From: Fimbriimonadaceae bacterium
GTDB taxonomy: Bacteria; Armatimonadota; Fimbriimonadia; Fimbriimonadales; Fimbriimonadaceae
Length of the DNA: 64,000 nucleotides
Reading direction: 5' to 3'
NCBI GenBank assembly: GCA_019638675.1
Contig: JAHBTE010000001.1
Coordinates: 278,605-342,604, forward strand
The notes beneath the pieces are model-generated. The model was not told the origin of the DNA, made no database searches, and saw only the letters and a program-made list of their open reading frames with translations. Position numbers and translations under genes: made by a program. Of the stretch, positions 23,119 to 32,505 are shown one piece after another. Numbering within the stretch: the stretch's first letter is position 1; every line of letters begins with the position of its first letter.

Positions 23119-25311
23119 TTATTCGGGGGTCGTATCCGGGCCATCAGCTCGCGAAATCTTGACAACAGATTTCTTGAATTCCGGAATCTTACTGACCGGG
23201 TCTAAGAATCTCCCCGTCATATTGTTCGCAGCTTTCTTGCCTGGCCAGTGATACGGAATAAAAACAGTATCAGGGCGAATTGTTGTCACTACCTTAGCTT
23301 GCAAAGTAACTTTGCCTCGGCGGCTCTCCACGCACATCCAGTTTTTATCCTTAATCCCATACTCCTCCGCCAATGTCGGGTGAATTTCCACATAAGGCTC
23401 CTCACAAAGATCAAGTAATCCCCCTAAGCGGCGTGTCTGGGTGCCACTTAAATAATGCATAACAACCCGTCCCGTTGTAAGAATCACCGGATATTCCTCA
23501 TCCGGTTCCTCCGCTGATGGTCGATACGGTGTGGGGTTAAAAACAGCTCGCCCATCCGGTTTTGAAAACTTCAAATCTTCAAACAATCGCGGTGTCCCCG
23601 GGTGACCAATTTCAGGGCACGGCCAGAAAACACCAAACTCATCCTCAATGCGCTTATAAGTGATCCCGTAATAATCCGCCGTTCCCCCTTTACTGGCAAC
23701 CCGCAGTTCATTGAAAATATCCTCACTGCTCTCATACTGGAAAAACTCCCCGCGCCCCAAACGCTTTGCTAGCTCAAGGAAAATCTTGGTGTCCTCCATT
23801 GCTTTACCCGGAGGGGTTACCGCTTGCCGAATCCGAATAACTCGCCCTTCTGCACTCGTACTCGTCCCTTCTTCTTCTTCGTGCAACGAACCTGCCATAA
23901 CGATGTCCGCGTGGTGAGCTGTCTCGCTTAAAAAAAAGTCAATCACCGTGTAATGTTCAAGCTTCGAAAGTGCTTCTCGCGTGTAATTTGAATCCGGCAA
24001 CGAAACCACGGGGTTAAAGCAAATCGAAATGAGCGCCTTTATCACTCCCTCATGGATCAAGTTCATGATCTCCTGCGCGCTATGCCCTTTAACCGGCATC
24101 TCAGATTCAGGGATGCCCCAAACATCAGCAATATATTGACGATGTTCTGGGTTCTCAATATCACGATTACCCGGAAGCTGATCGCACTTATGACCATGCT
24201 CGCGTCCCCCTTGTCCATTCCCCTGACCAGTAATCGTGCCGTAGCCGCAACCAGGACGACCAATTCTCCCCGTTGCCAAAACTAAATTGATACACGAAAC
24301 GACGTTGTCAACCCCTTTCGTCTGATGCTCAATCCCTCGGGCGTGAAGCAAAAAGCTCGTCTTCGCCTCGCCCCACATCTTCGCGGCTTTAACAATGTCA
24401 TCAACATGGACACCACAAATCCGGCTCGCCTCTTCCAGCGTCGTTGCCATCGCAACCGCCTTCGTTTCTTCCCACCCATTTGTATGATCCTGAATAAATT
24501 CCTCGTTGACCATTCCCTCTTCAATCAGCACGCGGAGCATCGCCGTCATTAGTGCTGAATCCGTTCCTGGTCGCACCGGAAGATGTAAATCACAAGTCCG
24601 GGCAAGCGGGGTCACCCTTGGATCAATCATGATCAGCTTCGCCCCCCGATCCCTCGCCCGCCAAATGTAATCGGTCGTAATCGGACTGCACTCCGCCACA
24701 TTCGTCCCCGTACACAAAATCACATCTGCTAAAACAATATCGTCCCAATAATTCGCCGCCCGATCAATTCCAAACGCCTTCTTGTTACCCGCCCCCGCAC
24801 TGACCATACAAAGCCGACCATTATAGTCAAGCTCTTTTGTTTGCAACGCAACACGTGCAAATTTCCCGACCAAATAACTCTTCTCGTTCGTCAAAGAGAC
24901 ACCAGATAGAATTGCCACCGCATCCTTCCCGTACTTCTCCTGAACCCGCTTAATCTCGCTGACCGTTGTCGAGAACGCTTCCTCCCACTCAATCGGGACA
25001 AACCCTTTTCCCTTAACCCTCTTTAACGGAGAAAGCAACCGATCCGGGTGATTGTTCTGCATATAGCGTTTAACCCCTTTCGGACACAATTTCCCTTCAT
25101 TAAACGGGAACTCTTCCCACGGCTCAAACCCAATGACCCGGTTGTCTTTAACCTTCAACTGAATCCCGCACTGCTGACCGCAAAAACAACAATGAGTCTT
25201 CACCAATTTATCGGGTTCCCCACGGCCCCGCCAACCACCAGCAGGTTCATCATTTCGGTGCGGACCAAACTTCTCGATCAACTCACTAACGGATACCGGG
25301 GGCTTTGCCAT
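23119..25311 (-). CDS. narB: Assimilatory-type (NarB/NasA-like) molybdopterin nitrate reductase, cytoplasmic
   Basis: 730 aa. N-terminal 4Fe-4S motif CCFCGQQCGIQLKV...KLCPKG, bis-MGD oxidoreductase body, no twin-arginine signal. Confidence 0.8.
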   Translation of the reverse strand: MAKPPVSVSELIEKFGPHRNDEPAGGWRGRGEPDKLVKTHCCFCGQQCGIQLKVKDNRVIGFEPWEEFPFNEGKLCPKGVKRYMQNNHPDRLLSPLKRVKGKGFVPIEWEEAFSTTVSEIKRVQEKYGKDAVAILSGVSLTNEKSYLVGKFARVALQTKELDYNGRLCMVSAGAGNKKAFGIDRAANYWDDIVLADVILCTGTNVAECSPITTDYIWRARDRGAKLIMIDPRVTPLARTCDLHLPVRPGTDSALMTAMLRVLIEEGMVNEEFIQDHTNGWEETKAVAMATTLEEASRICGVHVDDIVKAAKMWGEAKTSFLLHARGIEHQTKGVDNVVSCINLVLATGRIGRPGCGYGTITGQGNGQGGREHGHKCDQLPGNRDIENPEHRQYIADVWGIPESEMPVKGHSAQEIMNLIHEGVIKALISICFNPVVSLPDSNYTREALSKLEHYTVIDFFLSETAHHADIVMAGSLHEEEEGTSTSAEGRVIRIRQAVTPPGKAMEDTKIFLELAKRLGRGEFFQYESSEDIFNELRVASKGGTADYYGITYKRIEDEFGVFWPCPEIGHPGTPRLFEDLKFSKPDGRAVFNPTPYRPSAEEPDEEYPVILTTGRVVMHYLSGTQTRRLGGLLDLCEEPYVEIHPTLAEEYGIKDKNWMCVESRRGKVTLQAKVVTTIRPDTVFIPYHWPGKKAANNMTGRFLDPVSKIPEFKKSVVKISRADGPDTTPE

Positions 25312-25371
25312 TAATTAATTCTATGCCGCCCCACAGCCCAAAACTATGATGTTGATCATACATTTGATCGC

Positions 25372-26100
25372 TTAAATCAGCAACTTGACCGCCGCCGTAA
25401 CCAGCACGCACCCAAGCGCATAACGGATCCAAATGGGAGCCATCTTTTTCGCCCCAACATAGCTCCCCACCACCGACCCCACCACACAAACCAAGATCAT
25501 CCATCCTACTCCCGGCGCAAAACTCAATGTGTCCACATTCCACCGCCCAACCAAACCGGCGCATGAGTTAGCAAAGATAAAAATGGAACTCACCGCTGCC
25601 GTTTGTTTAGGGTCAGCCCACCTCAACAACAGCAAGACTGGGCTCAAAAATATCCCGCCACCAACCCCAACCATTCCCGATAAAAAACCAATTCCCCCTC
25701 CAATCAAAGTCGCTTTCCAAACCACTGGCTCCCTCGTATCTTCGGCACTCTTCGGTTTCCAAAACAACCGCCCCGCCGCAAGCAAAAGAACAACTCCCAA
25801 CAACAGTGAGTAGAACTCGGGTTTGAGTTTAAGAGTCGCTCCTAAATAGGAAAGGGGAATGGCCGAAACCAAAAATGGCCAAGTCAACGACCAAGAAAAG
25901 TTCTTCGCATGAGCATAAAAAGCAAAAGAAATCCCCGCTACAAATAGGTTCAACATCAAAGATGTCGATGCAATCGCCTCAGCACCTATTGTCGTCAACG
26001 ATAGAACTGCCAAATACCCCGAAGCTCCCCCATGCCCCACCATCGAGTAAAGCACCGCAACCAATAATAAGCCAAGTAAAACGACCGATGAATCAGGCAT
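25372..26100 (-). CDS. TauE/SafE family anion (sulfite-type) exporter
   Basis: 242 aa, multi-TM, internally duplicated Gly-rich helices (MVGHGGASG / MVGVGGGIF) typical of the TauE/SafE family. Confidence 0.65.
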   Translation of the reverse strand: MPDSSVVLLGLLLVAVLYSMVGHGGASGYLAVLSLTTIGAEAIASTSLMLNLFVAGISFAFYAHAKNFSWSLTWPFLVSAIPLSYLGATLKLKPEFYSLLLGVVLLLAAGRLFWKPKSAEDTREPVVWKATLIGGGIGFLSGMVGVGGGIFLSPVLLLLRWADPKQTAAVSSIFIFANSCAGLVGRWNVDTLSFAPGVGWMILVCVVGSVVGSYVGAKKMAPIWIRYALGCVLVTAAVKLLI

Positions 26101-27544
26101 CCCGTTCCTTCATCAACCGATCAATTCCGCCAACCAGGCTATAAGCATTCCTCACCCCCTCATCTCGTAAGCAGAACGCTCGGCGCAAACTCGTCCGACC
26201 CCGTTGGCAAACCAATACAATCTGTTCCGCACCCCTTTCAACCGCTTCTTCAACCGACCCCAAAACAACACAATCCGTTACTAAATCCATCAACTCTTGA
26301 GGTGAAGGAGTCTGTCTCACATCAACAAAAACAATCCCCGCACCGCCCACCACCGTACAAAGCTCGACCTCAATATCCGAGTCCAGAGATGTCATTTGGC
26401 CTGTGCTACAGATTGGGCACTCACTCCTTACCGGGCGATTGATCCTTAGCACTGAATAATCGCGTAAATCTACAGCTAAAAATGTGTCGGAAAGGCCACC
26501 ATCCACCCCTAGCAAAAACTTAATCGCTTCGTTCGCCTGCAATATCCCAAAGAATCCAGCAACCGTGCCCAATATCCCCTCTTCTTCACACGTTCCTACG
26601 CAAAAAGTCGGCGGTGGCACCGGTAATAAACAACGCAAACAAGGCCCACGATCGACAACCAAGATCTGACCCTGCCACCGATGAATACTCGCTGTAACCA
26701 ACGGCACCCCCGCCCCAACACAAGCATCATTCATCAAATATTTCGCCGCAAAGTCATCGGTACAATCAAGCACCAAATCGTGGGATGCTACAAGTGCCTC
26801 CACGTTGATTTCATCCAGTTTCTCGGCTACTGGCACAAACTCAACTGAATGGTCAATGTCTTGCACGCGTCGATGTAAAACGTCCACTTTTAGCCGACCA
26901 ACATCTGCAAATCCATAAGAAATCTGTCTGTTTAAGTTTGAAACATCTACAAAGTCAGGCTCAACAACCGTTATATGCCCGACTCCTGCCCGAACAAAAT
27001 ATTCAACTGCGGGAGTCCCCAATCCACCCGCTCCAACAACCAAAACTTTCGCCGCATGCAACTTCGCCTGCCCATCGCACCCCACTTCCGGCAATCTGAT
27101 CTGCCGATCATAGCGATCAGTATCCGCGCTCACTATGCTTTCCCCTTTTAACCACTCCGGATTCCCCTCCGAATAATCCTCTCGTTTCCAAATCGGCACA
27201 GATTTTTTGATTTCATCCATTGCCCATTCGCAAGCGTCAAATGCCGCTTTGCGGTGTGAAGAAAGCGCCTGCATCCAAATCGCAACATCTCCGATTTCCA
27301 ACAAACCGACGCGATGAATAGCTACTATTTTAAGAATATCAAACCGTCGCTCTGCTTCTGTCAAAATCCGGTTCCCCTCCGACAAAGCAAGCTCTTCATA
27401 AGCTTCATAAAATAACCGATCCACCCCCCGCCCATCGTTATGATTTCGTACCCGCCCCTCAAACGTCACCACTGCCCCTGCAGCTTCATTTGCCAAAACT
27501 ACAGGCACGATCTCGTTGGAAACAACCGAAAACTGAATCTCCAT
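26093..27544 (-). CDS. Fusion protein: MoaE (molybdopterin synthase large subunit), MoeB/ThiF adenylyltransferase and rhodanese
   Basis: 483 aa. The N-terminal approx. 140 aa are MoaE-like (VTFEGRVRN...PIWKRE). The middle is RYDRQIRLPEVG...VLVVGAGGLG (ThiF fold). The C-terminal part is a rhodanese active-site loop VCQRGRTS. Confidence 0.8.
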   Translation of the reverse strand: MEIQFSVVSNEIVPVVLANEAAGAVVTFEGRVRNHNDGRGVDRLFYEAYEELALSEGNRILTEAERRFDILKIVAIHRVGLLEIGDVAIWMQALSSHRKAAFDACEWAMDEIKKSVPIWKREDYSEGNPEWLKGESIVSADTDRYDRQIRLPEVGCDGQAKLHAAKVLVVGAGGLGTPAVEYFVRAGVGHITVVEPDFVDVSNLNRQISYGFADVGRLKVDVLHRRVQDIDHSVEFVPVAEKLDEINVEALVASHDLVLDCTDDFAAKYLMNDACVGAGVPLVTASIHRWQGQILVVDRGPCLRCLLPVPPPTFCVGTCEEEGILGTVAGFFGILQANEAIKFLLGVDGGLSDTFLAVDLRDYSVLRINRPVRSECPICSTGQMTSLDSDIEVELCTVVGGAGIVFVDVRQTPSPQELMDLVTDCVVLGSVEEAVERGAEQIVLVCQRGRTSLRRAFCLRDEGVRNAYSLVGGIDRLMKERDA

Positions 27545-27546
27545 AG

Positions 27547-27810
27547 CTAACCCCCCGAGACCGGAGGAATAAAGACCACGTGATCGCCAGCCGCAACCAC
27601 GTAATCTCGGTCAACAAAATTCGAATTCACAGCATATTGAATAAATCGCCCCGCTACGTCAAACTTATGTTTGCGGGCCAGCATCTGATAAACCTCGAAA
27701 ACCGAACAACTCACCAAAGCAACTTTCTCCTCCGCCATCCCAGCCTGATCGCGCAGACTCGCAAAATAGCTCACTCTAATCTCAACTTTGTCCATCACTT
27801 CAAGCTCCAA
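27547..27810 (-). CDS. moaD: Molybdopterin synthase sulfur-carrier subunit MoaD
   Basis: 87 aa, ubiquitin-like, ends in the diagnostic C-terminal Gly-Gly (IPPVSGG). Confidence 0.85.
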   Translation of the reverse strand: MELEVMDKVEIRVSYFASLRDQAGMAEEKVALVSCSVFEVYQMLARKHKFDVAGRFIQYAVNSNFVDRDYVVAAGDHVVFIPPVSGG

Positions 27811-29060
27811 TCAAAAGCCATGACTTGTATCTCTTCGCCAATCTCCAACTGCGTCTGATCGCTCGGAAACAACCCCAAATGAGTCGCACTCGCTAGTGCC
27901 ATCAGCATATGCGAACCCCGAAACTGATTAGTATAAAACGCCCCATCCTGAACCCATCCCGGAACAAACTCAACCCGGCCCGCTTTCTTTTTAATCACCT
28001 CTCCCGACGGCATACCAATCCAATCGCACTCACCCAACAACCCCATACTCGCTGCCAAAAATGGTCGGACAAACACAAATCCCGTCACCAGTGCCGAAAC
28101 CGGATTACCCGGCAAACAAAACACCACTTTATCATTCACTCTAACCATCGAAAATGGCTTACCTGGCTTCATTGCCACTCTGGAGAACACTTCATAGCCC
28201 CCTACTGCTTTCAAGGCACCCAAAATATGATCGCGTTCGCCATCTGCAAGCCCGCCTACCGTTATCACAACGTCACTCCATTCTAAGAGATCCCGCAGCA
28301 TTTTCACCGTTTGGTTAAAGTCATCACCAACATGTTCATACCGCAACTCTTCAGCTCCCATCGTCGTCAAAGCCGAAGACAAAGCAACTCCATTTGAATT
28401 GAAAATCTCACCCGATTCAAGTTCCTTGCCCAAACTCTTAACCTCATTCCCTGTTGTCAAAAGCCCAACCCTTGGCAAACAGTAAATCTGCACAGTATCA
28501 ACTCCACCAGAAGCCAATAATCCCAGACTGCTCGGGTTCAATATGCGTCCAGACTCCAAAAAAACAGCACCAATCTCAAAGTCCTCGCCCGCCCGCCGGA
28601 TATGCTGTCCAGGTCGGCCCAAATCCTTACATGAAACGCTCCCCTCATTAACAGAGCAATCCTCTTGCATGACAACCCGATCCGCCCCTGCCGGAACTGG
28701 CGCGCCCGTCAACACTCGAACCGCCTGTCCAGCTCTAACTTCGCAACTACCGACCTCAGACCCCGCAAACGACTCCCCAACTAACTCAAAACGGCTCGCT
28801 CCCCCCTCAAACGACCCCAGAGCAAATCCATCTACCGCCGAATTATCAAATCGTGGGGAATTGACCTTTGCGATGCACTGTTTCGCTATAGCTCGTCCAC
28901 AAGCTACATCTAAGGCCACTGCCTCATAACCAAAAGGTTGAGCAAGCTCCAGAACCCTGGCAAGCGCCTCTTCCCACGGCAACAAATTAGCCATCATGCC
29001 CCTCACCGACAAGCATCGGCAAAGCATGAAGAACATGGGGGAAAACCGCCGCAATCGCAT
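27795..29060 (-). CDS. moeA: Molybdopterin molybdotransferase MoeA (probable start at Met 28997/28994)
   Basis: LPWEEALARVLE N-terminus, central GANLRRAGEDF-like (HIRRAGEDF) and C-terminal LPGNPVSA motifs of MoeA. Confidence 0.85.
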   Translation of the reverse strand: MRLRRFSPMFFMLCRCLSVRGMMANLLPWEEALARVLELAQPFGYEAVALDVACGRAIAKQCIAKVNSPRFDNSAVDGFALGSFEGGASRFELVGESFAGSEVGSCEVRAGQAVRVLTGAPVPAGADRVVMQEDCSVNEGSVSCKDLGRPGQHIRRAGEDFEIGAVFLESGRILNPSSLGLLASGGVDTVQIYCLPRVGLLTTGNEVKSLGKELESGEIFNSNGVALSSALTTMGAEELRYEHVGDDFNQTVKMLRDLLEWSDVVITVGGLADGERDHILGALKAVGGYEVFSRVAMKPGKPFSMVRVNDKVVFCLPGNPVSALVTGFVFVRPFLAASMGLLGECDWIGMPSGEVIKKKAGRVEFVPGWVQDGAFYTNQFRGSHMLMALASATHLGLFPSDQTQLEIGEEIQVMAFDWSLK

Positions 29061-29916
29061 CCAGACATGCTCCCGGAGAACCCGGCAAACAAATCACCAA
29101 ACTCTTACCCATCACGCCCGCTAAACACCGACTCAACATCGCCGTCCCAACTCGTTCCTGACCATACCGCCGAATCTGCTCCTCCACCCCAGGTAATCGC
29201 AAATCCAAAAGCGGCTGGACCGACTGAGAAGTCACGTCACGGGGGCCAACTCCCGTTCCGCCAGTCAACAGAATAACATCCACATTTGCCAAACTCCGAA
29301 CCGTGTCAGCAATCAACCCCGTCTCATCCGGCACCAGCTTTCGCTCCACCGAATCAGCTCCAAAACCCTCAAGTGCATCTGCCAAAACTTGCCCAGAAAC
29401 ATCATCCTGCTCTCCAAGATAGCACCGATCCGAAACCGTCACAACCGCCGCCGAAAACCCCGTGATCGCTCCCCAGTCCGATTTGCCCCCTCGCTTTTCG
29501 ATCAATCGAATATCACCAATCGTAATCGTCTCGTCCACTGGCTTGAGCAAATCATAGAGGTTCAACGCCGCCACCGCCGCCGCGGCCATCGCTTCAACTT
29601 CTACACCGGTACGGTAAACCGCTTTAACCGTCACCGAACACTCGATTTCTGTATCCCGGATTTCAAACTCAACCAACACATGATCAATCGGAATCGGATG
29701 ACAATACGGAATAAAATCCGGCGTTTTCTTCGCCGCCTGAGTTGCCGCAACCCGGGCCACCGCAATCGGGTCGCCTTTGGGGGCCTTACCTGAACGAACA
29801 ATCTCAATCGTTTCTCTGCTCATGCGCACCACCGCCTTAGCCGTCGCAACCCGATACGAATTTGACTTATGAGAGATGTCGCGCATCCCCGGCTTTGGAA
29901 GCTGATTATCCGCCAA
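28987..29916 (-). CDS. Fusion protein: MoaC (cyclic pyranopterin monophosphate synthase) and MoaB/MogA-like domain
   Basis: 309 aa. The N-terminal half has the MoaC motifs (KGDPIAVARVAATQAAKKTPDFIPYCHPI). The C-terminal half is MogA/MoaB (VVTVSDR...LLTGGTGVGPRDVT). Confidence 0.85.
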   Translation of the reverse strand: MADNQLPKPGMRDISHKSNSYRVATAKAVVRMSRETIEIVRSGKAPKGDPIAVARVAATQAAKKTPDFIPYCHPIPIDHVLVEFEIRDTEIECSVTVKAVYRTGVEVEAMAAAAVAALNLYDLLKPVDETITIGDIRLIEKRGGKSDWGAITGFSAAVVTVSDRCYLGEQDDVSGQVLADALEGFGADSVERKLVPDETGLIADTVRSLANVDVILLTGGTGVGPRDVTSQSVQPLLDLRLPGVEEQIRRYGQERVGTAMLSRCLAGVMGKSLVICLPGSPGACLDAIAAVFPHVLHALPMLVGEGHDG

Positions 29917-30940
29917 TTTGAGTCATGCTCCTTGATTGAATTGTCGCGAGTTGGATCATAGGCCGATGCTCTTTCGGTTTCTTAGTCATTGCCGCTCGTA
30001 TCATCTCGGTCAGTTCCTCATCTCCTGCACCACTCCGCAACGCATCGCGCAAGCTCACCTCTGCTGGAGAAAATAAACAAGGCTTTACCGCACCGTCCGC
30101 CGTTAATCTCACCCGGTCGCAATCCCCACAAAACGTTTCTGTCATGGATGTCACAAAACCCACTTTCCCCTTAAACCCCGGCACAAAAAAGTCTTTCCCC
30201 ACCGCCGATGCTTCAGTCGAAACCCGCACTAACGGATGAACCTGTTCAATATCCCGCCTCATGTCCGCATAAGGATACAAACTCGCTTCCGACCACCGAT
30301 TCCCCATGAAAGGCATAAACTCAATAAACCGCACTGTCACCGCAAGATCCTCTGTCAACTGAACAAAGTCTAGCAATTCACCCTCATTGACTCCCTTCAT
30401 CACAACGACATTTATTTTCAATTCATCAAATCCTGCCTCATAGGCTGAATTAATCCCCCATAGAATGAGTTCCAGTTGATCGCGCCGTGTAATCCTCTTA
30501 AACCGTTCCTGGTTCAACGAATCCAAACTAATATTCAATACATTTAAACCCGCATCTCTATAACTTTGAGCCCGTTTGCTCAAAGTCGAACCATTAGTCG
30601 TCATCGCCACCATCTCAATTCCGTCAACCGCAACTAGCCTGGAAATCAATGTTTCCAGGTCTGGTCGAAGTGTCGGCTCGCCCCCCGTTAACCGAACTTT
30701 ATTCACCCCCATCCGAGCAAAAATCTCCGTCAGTCGAATAATCTCATCATCCGAGAGCAAATTTTCTTTCCGTTCCCATTCGTACCCTTCCGCAGGCATA
30801 CAGTAACTACATCGAAAATTACACTGGTCGGTCAGCGAAATCCGCAAGTAACGATGGGCTCTCCCATGAAGATCGCAAAGTGGAGCTGACATGGTAAAAG
30901 TTTGGCGACCTACTCGTTCCAAAAGTATGACGCTGATCAT
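29906..30940 (-). CDS. moaA: GTP 3',8-cyclase MoaA (radical SAM); likely start at Met 30892
   Basis: Radical-SAM cluster motif CNFRCSYCMP, C-terminal cluster CGDCDRVRLTADG, terminal GG. Confidence 0.9.
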   Translation of the reverse strand: MISVILLERVGRQTFTMSAPLCDLHGRAHRYLRISLTDQCNFRCSYCMPAEGYEWERKENLLSDDEIIRLTEIFARMGVNKVRLTGGEPTLRPDLETLISRLVAVDGIEMVAMTTNGSTLSKRAQSYRDAGLNVLNISLDSLNQERFKRITRRDQLELILWGINSAYEAGFDELKINVVVMKGVNEGELLDFVQLTEDLAVTVRFIEFMPFMGNRWSEASLYPYADMRRDIEQVHPLVRVSTEASAVGKDFFVPGFKGKVGFVTSMTETFCGDCDRVRLTADGAVKPCLFSPAEVSLRDALRSGAGDEELTEMIRAAMTKKPKEHRPMIQLATIQSRSMTQIGG

Positions 30941-30966
30941 AGAACTTATCTTTCAAATGCAAAAGG

Positions 30967-32463
30967 ATGATAAGTATGTCAAGCGACAAATTGCCGGGTC
31001 GGATGCTCGCGCTCAACACCCTCGCATTTACCATATGCTTCGCCGTATGGACGATGTACGGCGTGCTCATCACATTCCTGGTTGATAACCGAGTCCTTCT
31101 CATCGATAAGTCGCAAATCGGTTGGCTCATCGGGATACCGATCCTCACTGGCTCCCTCTTGCGTCTCCCCCTCGGCCTCCTCACAGATAAAATCGGAGGC
31201 AAACCAGTATTTCTCGGTTCAATGCTTTTTGCCGCTGCCTCGCTTGTCCTCACATCGTTTGCCAACAGCTTTACCATGTTTATGGTCTGCGGACTCCTCT
31301 TCGGAATCGCCGGTGCCACATTTGCTGTAGGTATCGCATACTCATCCGTGTGGTTCCCCAAAGAAAAACAAGGCACCGCCCTCGGAATCTTTGGCGTCGG
31401 TAATGCTGGCTCCGCAATCACGACTCTCTTCGCTCCGACTCTCCTCAAAACGTTCACCAACGCCGGACAAAACATCGAAGGCTGGCGAAAACTCCCTCTT
31501 GTCTATGCCGGTGCTCTTGTCGTCATGTGCATTGTTTTTGCTTTTGTTGCCGTAAACAAAACCGTCGAATCTTCAAAGCAAAAATCGATGGCGACAATGC
31601 TCTCCCCTCTCAAAGATATCCGAGTATGGAGATTTGGGTTCTATTATTTCCTCGTTTTCGGAGGATTCGTAGCCCTCGCGCAATGGTTGGTCCCGTACTA
31701 CCTCAATGTTTACGCTATGACCCTCGCTCAAGCTGGATTGATGGCTTCTATTTTCAGTCTCCCCTCCGGAGTTATTCGTGCGCTGGGTGGCTGGGCCTCC
31801 GATAAATTTGGTGCACGTTCGACCATGTATTGGGTTCTGAGCGCATGTGTGGTCTTCTTCCTCCTTCTCATCGCACCACGTATGGAAATCCGATCCCCCG
31901 GCGAAGGCATCATGGCCGACCGAGCCGGAACCGTTACATCCGTCACCCTCAACCAAATCACCGTTGACGACAAAACATACGATCTCAAGGCGCAGCCCAA
32001 TCGCCCGCTCACAACAAGTGACACAAAGGCGGTCGTTTTCCCAACCTTCACATCCTGGCAAGAACCCAGTGTCGAAGTAGGTCAAAAAGTCGCCAAAAAG
32101 GAGCTGCTCGCCCGAGGTCAAACTCATGTCTACTTCCAAGCCAATATGTGGATTTTCACTGGGTTCGTTTTTGCCGCCGGAATTATGATGGGCATCGGTA
32201 AAGCGGCGGTCTACAAACACATCCCGGAATACTTCCCTAACGACATCGGCGTCGTTGGCGGACTTGTCGGGGTCCTGGGTGGTCTCGGCGGATTCGTCTG
32301 CCCCATTCTCTTCGGCTACCTCCTCAAAGGAACCGGGCTCTGGACATCCTGTTGGCTCTTCCTTGCCCTCGTCAGTATCGCCTGCCTCATCTGGATGCAC
32401 CTCGTCATTCTCAAGATCGCAAAGAATCAAAACCCACTTGCCGAACAAGAAAGAAAAGTATGA
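30967..32463 (+). CDS. narK: MFS nitrate/nitrite transporter (NarK/NasA family)
   Basis: 498 aa, 12-TM MFS. NNP signature-like GWLIGIPILTGSLLRLPLGLLTDKIGGK and GLVGVLGGLGGF. Confidence 0.8.
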   Translation: MISMSSDKLPGRMLALNTLAFTICFAVWTMYGVLITFLVDNRVLLIDKSQIGWLIGIPILTGSLLRLPLGLLTDKIGGKPVFLGSMLFAAASLVLTSFANSFTMFMVCGLLFGIAGATFAVGIAYSSVWFPKEKQGTALGIFGVGNAGSAITTLFAPTLLKTFTNAGQNIEGWRKLPLVYAGALVVMCIVFAFVAVNKTVESSKQKSMATMLSPLKDIRVWRFGFYYFLVFGGFVALAQWLVPYYLNVYAMTLAQAGLMASIFSLPSGVIRALGGWASDKFGARSTMYWVLSACVVFFLLLIAPRMEIRSPGEGIMADRAGTVTSVTLNQITVDDKTYDLKAQPNRPLTTSDTKAVVFPTFTSWQEPSVEVGQKVAKKELLARGQTHVYFQANMWIFTGFVFAAGIMMGIGKAAVYKHIPEYFPNDIGVVGGLVGVLGGLGGFVCPILFGYLLKGTGLWTSCWLFLALVSIACLIWMHLVILKIAKNQNPLAEQERKV

Positions 32464-32505
32464 CCGCCATCATAGTCCTGTAGTTCAGTCCGGGCAAGAA
32501 TTCTA

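Noticed and set aside
25286-25564. 92-aa minus-strand ORF bridging narB and the TauE gene
   Set aside because: It is out of frame with the TauE/SafE membrane protein, which explains the region. The translation is Gly/Trp-rich and implausible.
30893-30975. Moco riboswitch upstream of moaA
   Set aside because: Only about 80 nt separate moaA from the divergent narK start. That is too short for the roughly 130-nt Moco RNA motif, and I saw no conserved stems.
30819-32448. Antisense ORFs 30819..31475 (218 aa) and 31573..32448 (291 aa) opposite narK
   Set aside because: They fully overlap a well-supported MFS transporter gene. The sequences are low-complexity (Arg/Pro/Ser- or Asp/Glu-rich) with no motifs.
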